Positions 37,491 to 50,839 of a stretch of DNA of 64,000 bases are shown here, one piece after another. The DNA comes from Callorhinchus milii (Eukaryota): positions 63,304,001-63,368,000 of the forward strand of contig NW_024704742.1 in the NCBI RefSeq assembly GCF_018977255.1, in the 5' to 3' direction. Every line of letters starts with the position of its first letter. The stretch's first letter is position 1. The notes beneath the pieces were generated by a model. It ran no database searches. It was not told where the DNA came from and saw only the letters and a program-made list of their open reading frames with translations. The position numbers and the translations under genes are program-made.

Positions 37491-37659
37491 CTGCTCCCAT
37501 CTTCTCTCAGCATTGCCTCCCCCTCCCCCTTTCTATAATCATTCACACATCCTCTGAGTCTTAGATGCATCTTTTCTTTCTATAATCTCCCACTGTTGCC
37601 TTCTTTTGTCTTGCACCATCACCACCTCTGATCTTGCTATTTTCTGTCCTCCATCTAAA

Positions 37660-38590
37660 TATACTGTAAAGTGAATTGACTGTGTATTTTGTGGGCAAAA
37701 CGTGGCAGTCAATTTTGTACAGCAGTGTCTCATAAACAGTCGTGGATTGAGTGACCAAACACAATATTTATTTGTTTATTTATTAATTTATTGAAGGGAT
37801 TATTATCCCCAGATAAGTGATCTGCCAATCAACTAACAACAACAACAAAAACTTGCATTTATATAGCAGCCTCCACGCAGGGTAGCGTCTCAGAGCACTT
37901 AACAGTGGCGGAGCCTAACTTAGAGCTGGGGGGAAGGCAGAGGTGGCCGTAAGCACGGTCGAAAAGGAAAATTTTCAGGTGCGACTTGAAAGAGGGGAGA
38001 GAGGGGACAAGACGGAGGGATTGAGGGAGAGTGTTCCAGAGTTTCGGGGCGGGGCAGAGGGTTCGAGAGATGAGCAGGAGGCCAGTGCCAGTCAAGTGGA
38101 GGCGCCGAGTGGTGGATTGAGGAGTAAGGAGGTCGGAGAGGTAGGGAGGTGCCAGGGAGTGAATGGATTTGAACACGAGTGTGAGGATCTTGAAGTCGAT
38201 CCATTCAGTGATGGGGAGCCAGTGGACCCTGGCCAGAACTGGGGAGATGTGGGTATGGAGTTTGGTCCAGGTCAGTATGTGGGCGGCAGAGTTCTGAATG
38301 AGCTGGATCTTTAGAATAGTGGAGCTGGGGAGACCGGCGAGGAGTGCATTTAGTAACCCGGTTGGGAGGTGACAAATGCAAGCACAAGAGTTTCTGCTTC
38401 ACTTGGGGCAAGGCACGGTCAGAGGCGAGTAATGTGGTGGAGGTGGAAAAAGGTGGTCTTGGACTGGACGTGGGGGAGGAAGGACAGCCAGGAGCCAAAC
38501 CAAGTGCCTGGATTGCGCACTGGTTCAGTGAGTCTGAGGAAGAGCCCAAGGAGGTTGAGAAGTTTAGATCTGCAGGAGTGAAGACATAGA
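37660..38590 (-). mobile_element. SINE 3' part (~37660-37838) followed by L2 (~37836-38590)
   Basis: SINE breaks at ctaacaac; L2 motif FKSIHSLAPPYLSDLL. Confidence 0.85.
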
Positions 38591-38596
38591 TGGGAG

Positions 38597-38700
38597 CCAT
38601 AGCCCTGCAAACCTGTCCTCCCCAAATAATTATCTACTTCTCTCTGAAAAGTTGTTATTGAATTGGCTTCCACCACCCTTTCAGGCAATGCATTCCAGAT
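38597..38700 (-). mobile_element. CR1 fragment
   Basis: PERVVEANSITTFQREVDNYLGRTGLQGYG. Confidence 0.75.
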
Positions 38701-39014
38701 TTGCTGCAGTTTCTAGAGCAACTACCAAAGTTTCCATTTTCAAAGGATAAGGTTCAGCGTCATTGTATCACAGGATCAAAATAGAGCCTCAGACGAAGAG
38801 AGGCAGAAAAGGTATCCCAGGATCACGAGAGATTTCTGCATGGAGCTAACCAGGTAACGTATGATTGGACGGTGAGAAAGATTTTGATGATGATAGTCAG
38901 GGAATGTATCACACGTTGATATATGAGTGATGCCCAGATGAAGAAAGACAGGTGATGTTTGCTAGGCAGACAAACGCATATCAAAAATATCAACTGTAAG
39001 GATTATGCAGTAGG

Positions 39015-39305
39015 AGGTTTGCCAGGCAATGGCAAGCAATGTGGTTTTAGCTGGTTAAACGGTGCTGTACTCTAACGCACACTCTAGGGTCCCCAAGCCT
39101 TGGTTCTTGTCAACCTATGCCTAATACTATTTGGAAACAGGTAAGCAGGGTGCATCCCTCCAAAGAGAGGCAGTATATTTTTCATTCCAGTCAGAGAGAA
39201 ATTTTCATGCAAAGGTTGCATACCTATGTGGAATTCTCAGTGTGGTGGATACTCTTAAGTTTGGTAATGGGTTTCTGCATGTTTCAGTCACCTAACTGAC
39301 CAAAA
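39015..39305 (+). repeat. Family U repeat
   Basis: ccccaagccttggttcttg...ggatactcttaag...gggtttctgcatg...ctgaccaaaa. Confidence 0.75.
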
Positions 39306-39360
39306 CAAACCCAGCATTCTGTTTACCTTGTTTAGTGTTACGACACAGTGTTCAGAGATA

Positions 39361-39456
39361 CAGGTTGACCAAAAAGTCATGACACCATTACGATGTCTAA
39401 TAAGTCTTAAAGAAATGATTTTTTTTAGATAATATTATGACTTTTTGGTCACCCTG
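39361..39456. mobile_element. Tc1/mariner-type MITE, 96 bp
   Basis: 20-bp terminal inverted repeats caggttgaccaaaaagtcat / atgactttttggtcaccctg (1 mismatch); TA on both flanks. Confidence 0.85.
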
Positions 39457-40429
39457 TAGCAACCAATAAGTCAAGTAATACTTCTAGATATTTCAATTTA
39501 AGTCTTAACAGGTTCTATCCCATCCACGGAGCACGTATGCCTTCTATTTTTGTTTCTTTTGTGTAATACTTCGCATTTATTTGCATTGAACTTCATTTAC
39601 CAGTCACTAACACAGACAGCGAATGATGAATTGTGGATGAGAGCAATTTCGTATACCATATAAGCAAATTTATTCCTGACAAACTGAAGTTGCTCTTTAG
39701 AGGCATCAGTTGCAGTCATAGGTATGTTGGAAATGACACTGCAGTATTAAATGGTAACTCTATTCTTCTTGACTATGTCAATGATATGCAGAGCGTGTAA
39801 CAGATGTGATTCAATTGTTAAAATAAATAAGCCAATTTAAAAAGCCTGATGGACTCACAACTTTTGACAGATATGGGCTAAATGCAATGCAATTATGCCA
39901 CAGCAATAATTTATATAAGGATTTTAAATCTAGACCACAGAAATGTTTTCAAGCAGCGGATGTCTGCACTCAAATTTAAAAATAACACATTGCCTTCTGA
40001 AGCTGTTCACTGAAACCTTTCCATTAATATGACGGCTGCAATCCAAAAACACATTTTCGGGGAAAAAATGTGAACAGTGCAGTTTATAACACTTCCAGAA
40101 GGTTCTGCGCCTAATTGCAAATGCCTTTTGAAAGCTAGTCACAAATTTAGCTCAGGGCTGAATTATTAGCGTTTATCAAGGAAAGCTTTTTAAGAAGGAC
40201 CAAATTGCTTTAGAATGTTAGATTCCATTCGGAAATCAGAATTATCAATATAACTAATGAACCGATAGCAACATACTCACTTGTCAATTTCTGTGTTTAA
40301 TGGAGGCTTCTCCTGGGAACAAAGGCTGTAGTCAATTCTAAACCTCAAATGTGACACATTCAGATTAATTTGTAACCTCAGAGATCAGGTTGAGCTACAC
40401 TGTAATTTTGACGTCATGATGCCTGTCTT

Positions 40430-41205
40430 CACTCTGCTCCACTGACTCCCCATTCCCCCAGCCGATCAAATTCAAAATTCTCATTCCAAATGCCTCCATG
40501 GTTTTGGTCCATCCAATCTCTGCAGCATAGTGCAATCCTACTGCCCAGCCACATCCTCCATTCAACAAACCTTTTCCTATTTCACATTGTCCAATTTCTC
40601 CCCCTTCCTCCTGCCCATCGATGGTCAAGGTTTTAGCCATTCATTCGGCCCCCACTCTCTGGAACACTCCATCCCACAGTCATCCACCTCACGACCTCCA
40701 AAATCAGCCTGAAGACCTACCTCTTTGTCTGTGCTTTCAGCCACCTTGCAACCCTCTTTCCCCTGCCTCGCTCTCCCCCACCTCAGACACCTAGGTATTT
40801 GTATTAAATGCTTTGTGACATCCTCCCAACATGAAGATGCAATATAAATGTGGGTCAGCCTGACGCAATGGTGGCTCTCGCCTCTGAATCAGAAGGTATT
40901 GTTGGAAATGCCTTCCTTTGGCTAAGATGTCCCATCTGCCTTTTCAAGTGAATGTTAAAGATCTCATGGGATTATTTGAAAAGAGAAAGGAGTTTCTCCT
41001 GGAGTCTTGGCCAATAATTCCCCAAAATAAAAAAATTGATCACTCACACCATGGCTGTTTGTGGGATGTTGCTGCAACAATTGGTTGCCGTGTTTTGCCT
41101 ACAAAATACAGTCAATCCACTTAACAGTATATCCTGTGAAGCGCTTTGAGACACCTCAGTGACGGACTTGATCAGGTGCTATATCAAATGCAAGGATTAT
41201 ACTAA
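40430..41205 (+). mobile_element. Old L2 3' fragment (~40430-40850) followed by DeuSINE (~40853-41205)
   Basis: Remnant of LHxLPI..IKFKIL; Deu core and tail. Confidence 0.7.
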
Positions 41206-42414
41206 TTATTTTAAACATAAATTGTTTCTGTTACTAAAATTCAGATTGTGTTTAAGATTGTTAAGACCCATGTTTTGGACCCATGAGGTGGATTGTCGCA
41301 ATGTACCTAAAAGTACATCCCTTTACTGACTGAGGCAAAGTTACTGATATTTTAGAGCAGCTAATTACAGTACTCATGTTATTTAACTTCACTGATATCA
41401 ATCTCTACGATGATTCATTACATAAGTCTGCCATCAGTCTCCAGTGTGATGTTAGAGTGTGCGTCATGAAGAGATTGAGCACGGGTGAACTCTTAATCAG
41501 ATTCTGATTCTAAATTGAACTGTATTTAATTTTTAATTTAAATTACTCAATTTTTGTCAAAGTTTAGGAAACTTGGGACAAGATTTAGATCTTTCAGATG
41601 ATTCAGTGCACTTAAATGCAATGTACTACTGGTGAAGAAGGACCTTTAACCCTTTTAATCTCATCCTTCCAGAATGCCCACCCTACTGGCCTCCCACTAC
41701 AATATCAAGCTATTCCTCAAATTATTCCAGAGTCATGTCCTCGATCACCCTTCATAGGTTAGTAACCAGTTCTAGTTATTAAAATAATTACTGAATGAAC
41801 TCAGGGAAATGGATAACTTTACCCATTGGTTAGCATTTAGCTAGTTATTGCTAAAATTGAACAGCGGCACTTTCTGAATCATAAACAAAAATTATAGTAA
41901 GTTAGAAAAGTCTTCGCCCTTTCCCTCACCGCCTTCGTCTTTAATCGTGCTTTCGGCCATCTAGCCCCCATCACCACCTCGCATCCCCACCCGCTCACAT
42001 CTCCACCCCCAGTTTGGGTGCAAACCCTGGACTGCCCAGTGCCTTGGTACCATCCCCCCAATGTGAAACACATATGTAAATTTGTATTTTACTGTAATGT
42101 GAAACAAAACGTCAATAAAAAAATATGGGGAAGTGTATGGGGGAACAGAAGTAATGTAACATTCAGTTTGCTGTAATAGAATTCGATAAAAACTTTATTA
42201 AGTATGTATTATTCTCTGGGAATGGCTTCTGCAAAAAATATACAGAATTTAAACAAAAGCAGTGCAATCCATCATAAGTTTTTATGAAAACTAAAAGGAT
42301 ATAAGACCATGTTACAACAGCTGCCTCAGCAGAACTTTTCAAGTTATATTAGGGTGCTGCTGCAGAGTTTTTGACACAAGTTGCTCATGTTTCCAAGGGG
42401 GAAGCTGAAATAGA

Positions 42415-42922
42415 TCTAGGGGTGTAATTGACTCATCATTCACTATGTCAAACAGTGTGAAGCAGCAATAAACAATTCAATCAAGTTGCTGGCCTATATT
42501 GTCAAATCAGTTCAGTTCAAGTCACCAGAAGTCATACTAAAGATTACTATTGTTCTGGTTAGGTTACATCTAGAATTCTGGTTATGGAGTCCTGTAGCAT
42601 TTTGGAGGACCTGGGTTCGATTCAAGTTTCCTTACTTCCTTACTCCACACGCCTCCGTTTACCTAGGAGTAAGTAGGAACCCAGTTGTTAGTCGATTGGC
42701 AGATTGCTTTCCAGGGGAAATAATCCCTCAAAATAAATAAATAATTTGGTCACTCAATCCACAACTGTTTGCGAGACACTGCTGTGCAGAATTGGCTGCC
42801 ATGTTTCGCCCACAAAATATACAGTCAATTCACTTTACGGTATATTCCGTGAAGCGCTTTGAGACGTTGTGAAGACATGATAAGGCACTATATCAAATGC
42901 AAGGAATATTATATTATTATTA
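42415..42922 (+). mobile_element. CR1 RT-distal fragment (~42415-42580) followed by young SINE long form (~42584-42922)
   Basis: LAYIVKSVQFKSPEVILK...LVRLHLE; SINE head ggagtcctgtagc, body and tail. Confidence 0.75.
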
Positions 42923-44650
42923 TCCTGTAAGGGTGTGTATTCTGGAAAGATCTGATCAAATGGCCAAAGGATCTTTTTCACCTGAACCTCACTTGTGATT
43001 TTGTGAAGACTCAAATCTGCTGAAAATAAACTCTTGAGAAGAAATATTCTTCTTTAAAAGCAGGGATTTGTTCTCCACCACACATCCAATGCCTTAATTC
43101 TCTGTAGTCTTAGCCTGTAAAACTATTTTGCCTTAAGATTTAAGAACACTCAGTCATGTGGAAAATTCTTACACCCAGTCTTAATTTGGAAGCTGGTTGT
43201 TCTGTAACCAGTGGCAATACATTAATCCACATGCTGCATTATTCATCCTGATGTTTCTCGATCTCCCAAATAATTATGGGATACAGGAAAGTTGCCTTAT
43301 GCCGCTTGTTATTTCTGTAAATTCTGAACTTACCATAATAAAATTTAAAAGAACACATACACTGAGGCTGTAATAGAAGAGGTTTTTTATTATAACCTGG
43401 CTACTTTTGTTAGATAAAAAACATCAGTACTTGAACATTTTGAGATTGGTAATAGATACTAAATCTATGCTTGTCAGCGTACAAATAGTTCATTTAGCTT
43501 TGACGTTCATTACTTTACATGCCTTTGTTAATTTGTTAAAGCTCTGGTACCTTGTGGTATTAAACTCATGCTGATAGTGATATGCAGAGAATTGACTGTT
43601 TCAATTGAGTCAAACTGTACTCAGCTGCACCATTGCTAATCAGCCGTGAAGGACGGTTCACTGTTAATCCAGAATAGTATAATACCGCTCCTTTGCAATC
43701 AGCATAGCATCAGTATGCTAGCAACAGCAAGTTTGCTCCTTGCATACTGTAAGTAAAGCATATTAGCTGGCAGTACCAGTCTGTGTTGCTGCAGCACTGC
43801 CACCCTCCAGAGACCTCTGGAACTGAGCAGTGTTCTCATTCTGTCAAAGAGGCCAGTCCTGTCTTACAAAAATGAAACTTGTATTTATGGGCCAAAGAAA
43901 ATCAAAGCTCATAATAAACACTGCACAAAAGCAACCTTAAGCATAAACTAGATGCAGGCATCAAAGAAGAGTAGGTTTATCGAACATAAAAATCACAAGT
44001 ACATTGCATAATTGTCCTAAAATGCACTACAGTGTTTATTTTTTCAAAATATCCAACTTTAACATACCCATACCCAGTTGAGTGGTCCTCAACCTTTAAG
44101 TCATGAAAATAAGTCTAAAACATTATAAATATCTCCTATGCCAATATCACATTGCATTTAAAGTCATACCTTAAGTGAGTCTTGTACGTTTACTCCAACT
44201 CCCCGACAGAATGTGTAAAGGTTACATTGAGTGCTTATGATATCAAAATATCTCAAAACTCGTTAGTATAATGTGTCGTGATTAGTTTTTGTATGCAAAC
44301 TATTTTATCTCAGAAAGTTTTGGAAAATTGTAGATACATCCCCATTCCTCTTGGGTATCTCCAAGCAGCCGATTGTAACTGCAAAGATAAAAGCCTTTTT
44401 CAAGGATGTGCATGGCAACTTCAGAACGTATATTTAGGAAGTATTTATTTACACTTAGGACAATTAACAGCTGGAATGGATTGTGAGGAAGTGTAATGGA
44501 GGCCGGGACAATAGGCTTATTCAATAAACATGCTTGATGCCATAAACAACAAAAACAAATTGCATTTATATAGCGCCTTTCATGTCGGGAAGATGTCATA
44601 AGGTACTGGTAGATAAAGGGAAAATTGTAGAGTGGGTATTCTGGAGGAAT

Positions 44651-44972
44651 ATAATAATAATAATAATCCTTGCATTTGATATAGCGCTTTTGACGTCTTC
44701 TAGACGTCTTGAAGCGCTTCAAGACTATACTGTAAAGTGAATTGACTGTATATTTGTGGGCGAAACACAGCAGCCATTTGTGCACAGCAGTGTCCCACAA
44801 ACAGTCGTGGATTGGAAATTACCACTTTATTATTGTTTTGTTTTGGAGGGATTATTATTAGGCTATGTGTGGAGTAAGGAAACTTGCCCAAGGTTTCGCT
44901 CTGCCTGGAATTGAACTCAGGTCTCTCGCTTGCAAGGCGAGTGCTCTAACCACTGAGCTACAGGACTCCACA
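44651..44972 (-). mobile_element. Full-length young SINE (short form)
   Basis: Complete head to (TTA)n; TSD ctggagga at 44641-44648 and 44974-44981. Confidence 0.92.
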
Positions 44973-44984
44973 GCTGGAGGATCA

Positions 44985-45255
44985 CCCAGGCCCCCAACCA
45001 ACTGCCCGCCCCCACCCACCAGCCAACGCCGCCCTCTCCTTCCACCCAGCCACCCGATCCCCCCCAGCCAAATGCCTGCTCCCCCTCACCATCCCAACCA
45101 CCCACACCTCCCCGACAGCCAGCCCCACGTGCCCACCCCACCAGCCAACCAGCCCCCTCTCCTCCCCACTAGCCAGCCCCCCGCTCCACCCCACCAGCCA
45201 ACCACCCCCCTCTCCTCCCCCGCAGCCAGCCCCGGGCTCCCCCCCACCAGCCAGC
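44985..45255. repeat. C-rich degenerate minisatellite
   Basis: Recurrent ccagccaacc / ccagccagcccc / ccctctcctcccc units. Confidence 0.85.
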
Positions 45256-45256
45256 A

Positions 45257-45460
45257 CAATGCAATTTACAATGTAAATAGCACCTTTCACATCAACAACA
45301 ACAAGATTGCATTTATTCACTTTACAGTGTACTCTGTGAAGCGCTTTGGGACGTCCTCCCGATGTGAAAAGCGCTATATCAAATGCAAGGATTATTATTA
45401 TTATTATTATTTATAGAGCGCCTTTCACATTGGGAAGATGTCCCAAGGCGCTGGACAGAG
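45257..45460. mobile_element. Nested tails: antisense L2 tail split by a sense SINE tail (~45316-45412)
   Basis: gattgcatttat | SINE tail | ttatagagcgcctttcac. Confidence 0.75.
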
Positions 45461-45675
45461 GATCACACACATAAAATCAAGCAGCTGATATTGAAATTGT
45501 AGCAACAATGTGTTACAGGTCACTCATCGCTCAATGAAGAAATTTACATCATTCCAAAATTCATACATTTTAACTGATTTCTTGGTAAATGAGAAATAGC
45601 TAGGTATATTTGTATTTCAGCCATACTGAAGCAGTATGGCTGAATATGATGAAGTAGTTTATCATACAGCACTTT

Positions 45676-45930
45676 CATCTACTGGGTGAAATACATATTC
45701 TATCAGAGTAAACAGTGACTGCAATTGAAAGTGCTGTACTTGCTTCTCGAAATCAAGAAGGCAGTTTTAAAACCGAGGAGAACACCTTCAATAAATGATA
45801 TGCTCTGTGTTGTATACTACTGTATTTATTTAATCCTTCGCAGGAAGTATTCTACAACCTACTGCAATGCAGAGCTTGCAAAGTTAGTGTAAAACTAAAG
45901 TGCTGATTGAGAAACACGTATTGCTAAAGA
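45676..45930 (+). repeat. Local duplication, copy 1 (partner 48248-48430)
   Basis: catctactgggtgaaatacatatt.tatcagagtaaaca.tgactgcaat...ttcaataaatgatatgct is shared. Confidence 0.85.
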
Positions 45931-46424
45931 AGCATCCAATTGCCAGAATCCCTTTTATTTTTTCTCCCTGGCAATCCACTTGAGATCCCCTTTGTACTTG
46001 ACAACAGCATCTAACATTAGACCTTGCTCAAAGCAAAGGATTTGATTGTGATAAGATAACATAAAATAGCAAAAGATCCATTAATCAGTGATATCAAAAA
46101 TATAATCATCTTATGACAACAGTAACGATAACCATCGCAATAATAAGATAATAACCCTTTAAAAAATAACATTAATAATAATTTGGTCATTCAATCCAAA
46201 ACTGTTTGTGGAACACTGCTGTCGCAATTGGGCCCTGTGGTTTGCTCATAAAATATGCAGTCAATTAACTTTACAGTGTAAGTGCTTTTAGATGTCTCAA
46301 CAACGTGATAAGGCGCAATATCAAATGTAAGGATTATTATTATAATCCATTGGCAAAATCCCTCCATTCAGAGCAAATTCTATTGGGTCAGGTTGCAGTT
46401 CTCAACCTTATAACTCCGACAATT

Positions 46425-48115
46425 ACCCATCCCTCCTTCCACACCTTTGAACCTGTCAACCCCACCTCTGTCTTCACCACCATATCCTCCATGAAGCCCA
46501 CCATCTGCTCTCTGGACCCCATCCCAACCAATCTCCTTAAATCCCAGCTCCACTTCCTTGTCCCACTACTCGCTGATATCATTAATCCCTCCCTGTCATC
46601 TGGCACTGTTCCTAACCCCATCAAAACAGACACTATCACCCCCACCTTGATGAAACCTTCCCTCGACCCATCACAGCTATCCAGCTACCGGCCCATCTCA
46701 AATCTCCCCTTCCTATCCAAGGTCCTTGAGAGAGCCTTTGCCTCCCAGCTTCGCTCTTTCCTCTCCTCTCACTCCCTCCATGAACCCCTCCAATCGGGTT
46801 CCTGTGCTGCCCACAACACGGAAACTGCTCTGGTCAAGGTCACAAACAACATCCTGACCATGTGTAACCAGGGCTCCCTCTGCCTCCTCGATCTCTCCAC
46901 CGCCTTTGACACCGTGAACCACTCAATCCTCCTCCACCACCTCTCCTCCCACCTCAACCTTCAAGATTCTGTCCTTGACTGGTTCAGGTCCTACCTTTCA
47001 CACCACCTCCACTTCATCGCAGCAAACGGCTTCTCCTCCAGCCCCCGCAACATCTTGTGCGATGTTCCTTAGGGCTCTGTCCTCGGGCCCCTCCGCTTCA
47101 CCCTCTACATGCTTCCCCTTGGTGACATCATCCGCAGACATGGGGTAAATTTCCACATGTATGTGGATGACACCCAACTCTACCTCACTGCCTCCACCCT
47201 CAACTCCAAGACTACAGCGTCCTGACCGACTGCCTATCCGACATTAAGTCCCGGACGAGGGATAACTTTCTTCAACTCAACGTCAGCAAGACCATGGCCC
47301 TTCTGATTGGCTCGCGCCAGCACCTCTGCACCTCAGAAGCTGACACCATCAGCCTCCACGGCTGCACACTCAACCTCACGAAGCCAGTCAGGAACCTGGG
47401 TATCTTGTTTGACCCTGAACTGTCCTTTCTCCCCCACATCCACGCCATGACCGGCACTGCCTACCAACACCTCCACAATATTGTCTGACTCCGCCACTGC
47501 CTCACTCCTCAGGCTCCGAAACCCTCATCCATGCATTCGTCACATCAAGGCTCGATTACAGAACCTCCCTCCTCACCAGCCTTTCCAACTCTTCTCTTCA
47601 CAAACTGCAGATCATCCAAAACTGCACACCAGGCTCCGCGACCCCATCACTCCCACCCTCGCCCGACTCCACTGGCTCCCCATCCCCCAGAGGATCAAGT
47701 TCAAGATCCTCGTCCTCACCTTTAAGGCCATCCATGGTCTTGCCCCCTCCTACCTCTCTGACCTGCTGACTCCCTACCAACCTGTCCACTCCCTCCGTTC
47801 TTCAGGCTCTGGTCTGCTCCATGTCTCCTACCCGACCTACCATCGGTGGCCGGGCTTTCAGCCTCTCTGCCCCCACATTCTGGAATTCTAGCTCACTGTC
47901 CCTTCACCTCGTCTCCTCCCTTGCCTCCTTCAAGGCCGGTCTCAAGACCCTTTTCTTCGACTGTGCCTTTGGTCTCCCTCCCACCTCTTTGCCTTCACTC
48001 ATCCCTACACCACTCCTCTCCCATGCTCGGGCCCCGATACCTGACTCTTCAGCGCTTTGGGACGTCCTCCCAATGTGAAAGACACTCTATAAATATAATA
48101 TAAATTTTGTTGTTA
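46425..48115 (+). mobile_element. L2 LINE ~1.7 kb (RT and 3' tail)
   Basis: [42 protein letters not shown] and LHWLPIPQRIKFKIL motifs. Confidence 0.93.
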
Positions 48116-48247
48116 TATCTCTCAATTTATCATTATCTCTCAATAATCGAATAAGGCTTCATGATGGGAGCCAACATCATGTTTATATATAAATGAAAGG
48201 GAACCAGTCTATGGTCAAGAAGGAAACAATCTGGTGATGCTTGCCAC

Positions 48248-48430
48248 AGTGTAAAACTTAAACTAACGTTCGGATTGAGAAATGTGTATTGCTAATTGTT
48301 CATCTACTGGGTGAAATACATATTTTATCAGAGTAAACACTGACTGCAATCAAAAGTGTTCTAGTTGCTTCTCAAAATGAAGAAAACAGCTTCAAAACCT
48401 TGGAGAACACGTTCAATAAATGATATGCTT
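48248..48430 (+). repeat. Local duplication, copy 2
   Basis: Matches 45886-45927, then 45676-45804. Confidence 0.85.
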
Positions 48431-48534
48431 TGGTTTAACCCAGATGTTTTACTAAAAATAAGCCAAGCTCTCTTTGCTTTTGGCCCTAAAGTTTGAATTG
48501 CTGTAAATGTTGATCTTGTCAATTTAGACACACA

Positions 48535-48735
48535 CATAATATAATAGAATAATAATCTTTGCATTTAATATAGTGCCTTATCACGTTGTTGAAATGTCTC
48601 AAAATGCTTCACAGAATATATTGTAAAGTGGATTGATTGTGTATATTATGGGCGAAACACGGCATCCAATTGTGCAATGTCCCACAAACAGTCATGGATT
48701 CAATGACCACATTTCTTTTGTTGGAGGGATTATTG
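48535..48735 (-). mobile_element. SINE 3' half
   Basis: Antisense tail and body. Confidence 0.8.
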
Positions 48736-50071
48736 ATGGCATTAAGTCACTATACTTGTGTCCCCTGTTGGTCTACAGATACTTGGCACCTAATAGGAAC
48801 CCCGGTGCTTTACCAGCTTTATTTTAATGTTGCCTAAAGTTGTGGCCAGGAAAAGAGGAAGTAAATGAGTCAGACCAAGAATGTCATCATGGAGGAAAAT
48901 AACTAGCCATAGCTGTCCTTAAACTCAATTGAAGTGATGTGTAATTAAGAGCGTGATCGTGAACGAAGTGCTGAATTTAGTCCAAAAATCATTACATTGC
49001 ACTTCCGGTCACACCAGAAGCCCTTGCCTCTCTGACCGTGCATATGATCACTTCCCTACCCTCAGCTCGGAGTCATGTTCCAACACTGTCAAACGCTCTG
49101 GGACTGCCCTTCATGAGGGGCACTAAATAAATGCAAGTTGTTGTTGTTGATGTTTTTGTCCTGTCTCTCATCCATAAATCTCTTAATGCCTTAGCTCCTC
49201 CCTATCTATCCAACTTACCCACTCCTCTGCTCGCCCTGTCACCTCAGTTAACTCAGCATCGATGTGCTTTACTCCATCGGTGGCCAACCCTTCAGAATCT
49301 GCACCCTCTATCCCTCCATCTCAGACCCTATCTTTCTGTCTTCAAGTGCCATATTACAACTGCTCTGAGACGCTATCCTTTGTGGAGGGCACTATATACA
49401 TGCAAGTTGTTGTTGTTATTGTTGTTGTATTTCTTCGACAGTGCCTTGGGACATCCTCCCAACGTGAATGGCGCTATACAAATGTCATTTTGTTGTTTTT
49501 GCTGTTGCTCCTACGGTCAGCATCAAGTTGCTTCCTAAAGAAATAAGAATCCCGAGAGTTGTTTTTCCTCAAATGAATAAACACAGCCACTGTTGGTATG
49601 TGTGGTGTATTGTTAAGTTAAAAAACTAGAAAGTTTGACTCTGTATCCTTGACTGCTCACTTACAAGATAAAACTGTATCTGACACACACAGGGGGGTCT
49701 CAGCAACACCGTTCTCTTGATGCAATTCATTCACTGACCAATTACTAGTAAGGAGAAAAAAAAACTTCGCACATTTAAGATGACCTTTCAAACATATTTT
49801 AAATTATAAATGTAATCATTATTTCTGACAGAAAATTAATTTTAACTCTAAGGCAGAGTATCGGGTTCAAATTATAATGCAGTTAAATGAACAGATTGCT
49901 CAGTCATATGCCTTTTCTTCACTGTTGATCTGGACCAAATATAAAGAAAGACAGCTGAACCAACAGTAGTTAACCTGGAGTGTGTTTATCTGATCAGGAC
50001 ATCAACAATCTTTAGTTTTCATTATCCTAGTCCTAACTCCCTGCTCCTTTGAGAACATTTCTTATTTCGAT

Positions 50072-50420
50072 GTCAGCCTGGCTCAGTTGACAGCACTCTC
50101 ACCTCTGAGTCAGAAGGTTGTGGGTTCAAGCCCCACCTTGGTACTTTGAACTTGTATTGTGTCTCTGACACTCTGATGCAGTGTTGGGGGGTATGTTTCA
50201 TTGTTGGAAGTACAACCCTTCAGATGATGCGTTAAGCCGAGGTTCGGACTGCCCGGTATCCTCATCAACAATCCTCTGGATAAAATTAATTGTTCACTTC
50301 ATCACTACTGTGTACACAGTCACTGCACTTTACAATAAATCCTGTACTGTGCTTTGAGATATCCTCCTGATGTAATGAGATACTATAACAAATGCAAGGA
50401 TTGTTATTTTTATATTATTA
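50072..50420 (+). mobile_element. DeuSINE with internal deletions
   Basis: gtcagcctggctcagttgacagcactctcacctctgagtcagaaggttgtgggttcaagcccca. Confidence 0.8.
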
Positions 50421-50839
50421 AGTCAGACTACTTTTCCCCTTTAGATCAACTCATGAAGTCAAAACCCTTGTATTTTGCAGCCCTCTTCTGGCCATGTACA
50501 GTTTTTCCCATGTCATGCTGGTTCCCTAAAGAATATACAATGTTGGGGGCAGTGTCCAACACAACAGTGCAGCGGGGCATGGTCAATAGATTTGGGTTAT
50601 AAATAATGATTATTGTGAATAATAGTAAAGAAATGGGGTTCCACCTCAAACCGATATTAATAGTAATTTCTTTGTTGCACGTTTGTAATGGGATTTCCCA
50701 TTGTGAGCACACAGTGAAAAGCCCGGTGTTTTTAACAATCATCTCTTCAAAAGCTGAATTTAAACATTTGCACCTGTATTGTTAGCATGGGTACTATTAC
50801 TATTATTTAATGTGATAGACCCCAATGTCAGCACAATAG

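Noticed and set aside
38774..38853. Possible 80-nt coding exon (cacag...CAG|gtaacg)
   Set aside because: Weak pyrimidine tract, unrecognised peptide and no partner exons.
44865..45416. 183-aa proline-rich ORF
   Set aside because: Read-through of an antisense SINE and a C-rich minisatellite.
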